From: Candidatus Woesearchaeota archaeon
GTDB taxonomy: Archaea > Nanobdellota > Nanobdellia > Pacearchaeales > GW2011-AR1
Assembly: GCA_964530955.1 (NCBI GenBank)
Contig: CAZHCL010000011.1
Coordinates: forward strand, 24,277 to 34,515
Length of the DNA: 10,239 nt
Direction of reading: 5' to 3'
Made by a program: the position numbers and the translations under genes. This document shows positions 7,267 through 10,239 of this stretch, in pieces. Within the stretch, counting starts at the first letter, position 1, and every line of letters starts with the position of its first letter. Under the pieces are notes generated by a model. The model did not search any database and had not been told where the DNA came from. It worked only from the letters and a program-made list of their open reading frames with translations.

Positions 7267-9207
7267 ATGGGACTATTCGATTTTTTTAAGAAAAAAGGTG
7301 AGGATGTACCTCCTGATGTAGGAAGAGAGAGCGCTCCTTTACCTGAGAATGGTTCTTCTGAAATAGGTGCTGAAAATGCATATGACCCTGGTGAGCTAGC
7401 TTCTGGAACGGAAGATGACGATGATGAACCTGTAAGAAAGGGGAAGAAAGGCTCTAAAGTTATGAAGATGAGTGCAAGGGATAGGAAGAGCAACGCTATT
7501 ATGAAAATGAAGCTTGAGAGGCTTGATGCACGTATGGAATCTATTAATAGCTTAATAAAAGGATTTACCGAGAGATTTTCAAATATAAGCCAGCAGATAG
7601 GGGAAGTTAGAGGACTTACTTTATCGAATGAAAAATCAGTTTCCAAATTAGGGGCTGAATCTTCAAAAGCTATTGATATTGTAAATGCAGTTAAGCCTGA
7701 GAAAATAAGATTTGATTATGAAAAAGTTGAACAGAGGGTTGATGAATTATCTGGAAAGCTTGATTCTAACAAAGAATATCTTGATACTATACTTGAAGAA
7801 ATGAAAGAATTAAGGAGAAAGGCAGAATCTTTTATAGGCGCGGAGGGACTGATTCATCTTCAGGAAGATGTTAAAAAGGATTTGATGAATATACAGCAGA
7901 TAAATGCAAGGGCAAAAATGCATGCTGATAAAGCTGAGCAGTTATTTATTGAAACTGAGAAAATGTCAAATGAATACAATCAGGTTCTTGAAACATTGAA
8001 TAATTTTGAATCTAATTATTCTTCCTTGAAGAAAGATGTAGAAAAAATGAGACTCGACTTCAGCAATATTGCTACTAAGTCCGATTTATCTGAGCTGAAA
8101 AAAAGAGTAGAGAGTAAAATTTCAATGGTTGATAGCGGAGTTGCTTATATAGAAAAGCAAAAGGACGAAAATGACAAGCTTATTAGAGTTGTTGAGGAAA
8201 CTGTTGCATTGTCAAGGAAGAATCAGGAGAGCATTGCTGACATAGCTCTTACGGTAGGAAATGACAAGATAGAAAGAGTGGGAGATTATGATGAAAAGCT
8301 TAATTCTGTTTTGACAGTTCTTGATACTCTTGCGGCGCAGATTGCAGCGATTAAGAAAAAAGTAGGAATGCATACTGCTAATATTGTTCTTCCTTCCAAG
8401 AATACGCCTCATTCAAGTGAAAAAGTTTCTGAGAAGACTTCTGAAAAAGCAGTTAAACCTGCCGAAGTCAAGAAAAAAGAATCTGCTGTTGTTAAAACTC
8501 CTGACATTGCAATTCCTTCTCCTTCACCAGAACCTGTTGTTGCAGTTGATAAAAAACTTGAAGATAAAAAAGATTTAAGCTTAACTAATTCTGTAGAACA
8601 ACCAAAAGAGCCTGAACAGCCAGAGCAGATTGCTGTTGTTGAAGAAAATAAGACTGAAGAAGTTAAAGAAGAGGAGGTTCAGGAAGAAGAGAAACAACAA
8701 AAGCCAAAGATAAAATCTAAGCATAAGCAAGCTAAGAAGAAACACGTCAAGAAAAAAGAATCAGTAGTTGCGGAAACAGAGGATAAAGAAAATGCGGAAG
8801 AGAAATCAGAACAACCTGCTCAGGTTGAAAAAACTGAAAATACTCCTGCTGAGCCAAGTCTCCCTCAAACTTTTACAGTTACTCCAACAACAAGCACTCC
8901 TGAGAAAAAGAGCAGTTTTATTGACAAATTAAAATCGGCAATACCTATTTTGCATTCTGCTGAAGCAGAGGAATCTGCAAGAGATTACATAAATGGAACA
9001 AATTCATTAAATGATAAACAAAAAGCAATGGAACTGCAGAATCTTCTTGCAGAAGGTTTTGGAATGATCGATAATGCAAAGAGAAATGAGCTTGAGAATA
9101 AATATCTTTCAATGAAAAGTCTCTATGATTCCATGTCTATAAAATATCCTGAATTTTATGAGCAGATAGTCAGCTTTTACAACGCAATTTACGATAAGTT
9201 TTACTGA
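7267..9207 (+). CDS. Hypothetical long coiled-coil protein (646 aa): amphipathic N-terminus, coiled coil, disordered P/E/K linker, small C-terminal helical domain
   Basis: ATG lies 4 nt after the upstream stop. It starts MGLFDFFKKKG, with heptad-like helical sequence at about aa 78-367, a low-complexity region at about aa 370-550, and a Tyr-rich helical C-terminus. No TM segment or catalytic motif was seen. Confidence 0.88.
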   Translation: MGLFDFFKKKGEDVPPDVGRESAPLPENGSSEIGAENAYDPGELASGTEDDDDEPVRKGKKGSKVMKMSARDRKSNAIMKMKLERLDARMESINSLIKGFTERFSNISQQIGEVRGLTLSNEKSVSKLGAESSKAIDIVNAVKPEKIRFDYEKVEQRVDELSGKLDSNKEYLDTILEEMKELRRKAESFIGAEGLIHLQEDVKKDLMNIQQINARAKMHADKAEQLFIETEKMSNEYNQVLETLNNFESNYSSLKKDVEKMRLDFSNIATKSDLSELKKRVESKISMVDSGVAYIEKQKDENDKLIRVVEETVALSRKNQESIADIALTVGNDKIERVGDYDEKLNSVLTVLDTLAAQIAAIKKKVGMHTANIVLPSKNTPHSSEKVSEKTSEKAVKPAEVKKKESAVVKTPDIAIPSPSPEPVVAVDKKLEDKKDLSLTNSVEQPKEPEQPEQIAVVEENKTEEVKEEEVQEEEKQQKPKIKSKHKQAKKKHVKKKESVVAETEDKENAEEKSEQPAQVEKTENTPAEPSLPQTFTVTPTTSTPEKKSSFIDKLKSAIPILHSAEAEESARDYINGTNSLNDKQKAMELQNLLAEGFGMIDNAKRNELENKYLSMKSLYDSMSIKYPEFYEQIVSFYNAIYDKFY

Positions 9208-9234
9208 TTCTAGTTATCAATAGATATAATCTAA

Positions 9235-9252
9235 CAGAATAATGTTTATATA
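9235..9252 (+). promoter_or_regulatory. Putative archaeal promoter (A-rich BRE-like element plus TATA box TTTATATA at 9245-9252) for the downstream gene
   Basis: TTTATATA matches the archaeal TATA consensus TTTAWATA and is preceded by CAGAATAATG. It sits at -29 to -22 relative to ATG 9274, the expected spacing for a leaderless transcript. Confidence 0.6.
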
Positions 9253-9273
9253 ATGAATATTTTAATGAGATTT

Positions 9274-9936
9274 ATGGAACTGATTCGTGATTTTGTTCGA
9301 CTTGGTGTTGAATCTGCATATATCGATGCTTCTTATAAGTCAGCCAAGCCCCAGATGGAGAAAGAAGATTATCAAATAATTTCCATACCTCAAAATGTAG
9401 ATTTGAGACTTCTTGCAGAAAGGGATTCTTCTGTCTCTAGAAAAGGAAATTGGGTAAGAGAAGGAATTTTGTTTGTTCCAGGCAAACAAACCAGATTCGT
9501 CAGAAATTCTCCTCTTTTTGGGCGCTCTTTAGACGGATTAGAGGAATCAAAAGAATATTATCTTTCTGATAAGGAAGTTGAAAGTGCTTTAGAAAACTCT
9601 ATAGAATATCCTTCGGAGAGCAGGAAAGTACCTACTAATAGGTTTGGAGAGGATGACTTTGCTGTTTATGCAATTGGTGATGGAGATTCAAACAGAGCAA
9701 GTCAGTATGGATTTCTTCTTCTTGATGCTGAGGTAGAAGAAATATCTTTTTTATCCATGAATAGAGAATTCATGCGTGAATGCGAGCAAAGTGATTCAAG
9801 ACCTTTTATCAGGCAGATATATTTTGAAGGGCTGAGTGAGTTTTTAGCTGAAGAGCCTATTAATTTTTCATTGGATGGGTTTATGTTTGGTACAGAAAGA
9901 TTCAGGGGAATAAGATTGCTCAGAGGAAAATTATAA
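9274..9936 (+). CDS. Hypothetical protein (about 220 aa; ORF-caller start 9253, preferred start 9274); possible C-type-lectin-like fold / DGR-target-like family
   Basis: Long open frame with globular composition and motifs GVESAY, GNWVREG, PTNRF, PFIRQIYF and C-terminal RFRGIR. The start choice comes from TATA spacing. The fold assignment is inference only. Confidence 0.75.
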   Translation: MELIRDFVRLGVESAYIDASYKSAKPQMEKEDYQIISIPQNVDLRLLAERDSSVSRKGNWVREGILFVPGKQTRFVRNSPLFGRSLDGLEESKEYYLSDKEVESALENSIEYPSESRKVPTNRFGEDDFAVYAIGDGDSNRASQYGFLLLDAEVEEISFLSMNREFMRECEQSDSRPFIRQIYFEGLSEFLAEEPINFSLDGFMFGTERFRGIRLLRGKL

Positions 9937-9955
9937 AATTATTATTTATTCTAAA

Positions 9956-10231
9956 TTATTCTTCATCTTCATTGAGCTCTCTTTCAAGCTCTTTTATTCT
10001 ATCATCAAATTGTCTGTTCTTGGCAGATTCGGAAGGTTTTACCTTATCTCCTTTTCTGGCGAAGAGAAGAAGATTCATTTTTCTGTAGGCGACAATTATC
10101 AATATTATCAATCCTATAACTAATACTATTCCTACGATAAGGAGAATGATGGGTATTCCGTATACACCTATATATAAGAATGGAGAAGGTTGCATGATGC
10201 TTGCCTGAACAAAATCTATAAAGTTGGTCAT
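9956..10231 (-). CDS. Small single-pass membrane protein (91 aa) with a short cytoplasmic coiled-coil tail
   Basis: Hydrophobic stretch FLYIGVYGIPIILLIVGIVLVIGLIILIIVAY is followed by RK and then RQFDDRIKELERELNEDEE. It is convergent with the previous gene across a 19-nt gap. The frame is open to the window edge, so the start could lie further upstream. Confidence 0.7.
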   Translation of the reverse strand: MTNFIDFVQASIMQPSPFLYIGVYGIPIILLIVGIVLVIGLIILIIVAYRKMNLLLFARKGDKVKPSESAKNRQFDDRIKELERELNEDEE

Positions 10232-10239
10232 GCTGTACA

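Noticed and set aside
7281-7306. T7 tract (possible terminator or slippage site) and SD-like AGGTGAGG just inside the second gene
   Set aside because: Both are explained by the coded peptide D-F-F-K-K-K-G-E-D. The ATGs following the SD-like motif (7304, 7316) are out of frame.
7263-7646. 127-aa minus-strand ORF with an apparent hydrophobic (TM-like) stretch
   Set aside because: It is antisense to the K/E-rich start of the 646-aa gene. Its Leu/Phe/Ser richness is the mirror image of AAG/GAA/GAT codons.
8212-8578. ORFs 8212-8412 (-) and 8384-8578 (+, alternate frame, K/L-rich)
   Set aside because: Both are fully nested in the 646-aa CDS, and their composition is explained by out-of-frame reading of A-rich codons.
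9937-9955. AT-rich gap between convergent genes as a terminator
   Set aside because: It has no clear long T-tract or hairpin, so it is too weak to call.
1-10239. CRISPR array, tRNA/rRNA, transposase, integrase, DGR template repeat
   Set aside because: No periodic repeats, cloverleaf-like segments, terminal inverted repeats or long near-identical repeat pairs were seen. Nearly the whole window is protein-coding.

Overview
AT-rich window, most likely from a DPANN-type archaeon (inferred from the dense N-glycosylation sequons, an archaeal BRE/TATA promoter and the protein styles). It is dominated by a 5'-truncated giant gene of at least 2419 aa. This gene joins, in one polypeptide, about 1900 aa of sequon-rich Ig-like/beta-sandwich ectodomain, a Cys-rich mini-domain plus poly-Gly linker, one transmembrane helix, and an apparently intact cytoplasmic FtsK/HerA-superfamily (DUF87-like) ATPase with a helical tail. 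Four nt downstream is a 646-aa coiled-coil protein with an amphipathic N-terminus, probably co-transcribed. Next comes a separately promoted, probably leaderless gene of about 220 aa with possible C-type-lectin-fold/DGR-target-like character, then a convergent 91-aa single-pass membrane protein. No RNA genes, CRISPR arrays or mobile elements were seen. The main candidate system is the adhesin-TM-translocase fusion plus its coiled-coil partner, possibly a contact-dependent (host-attachment-coupled) macromolecule transfer or anchoring machine. All family assignments come from motif recognition by eye and need HMM or structure confirmation.
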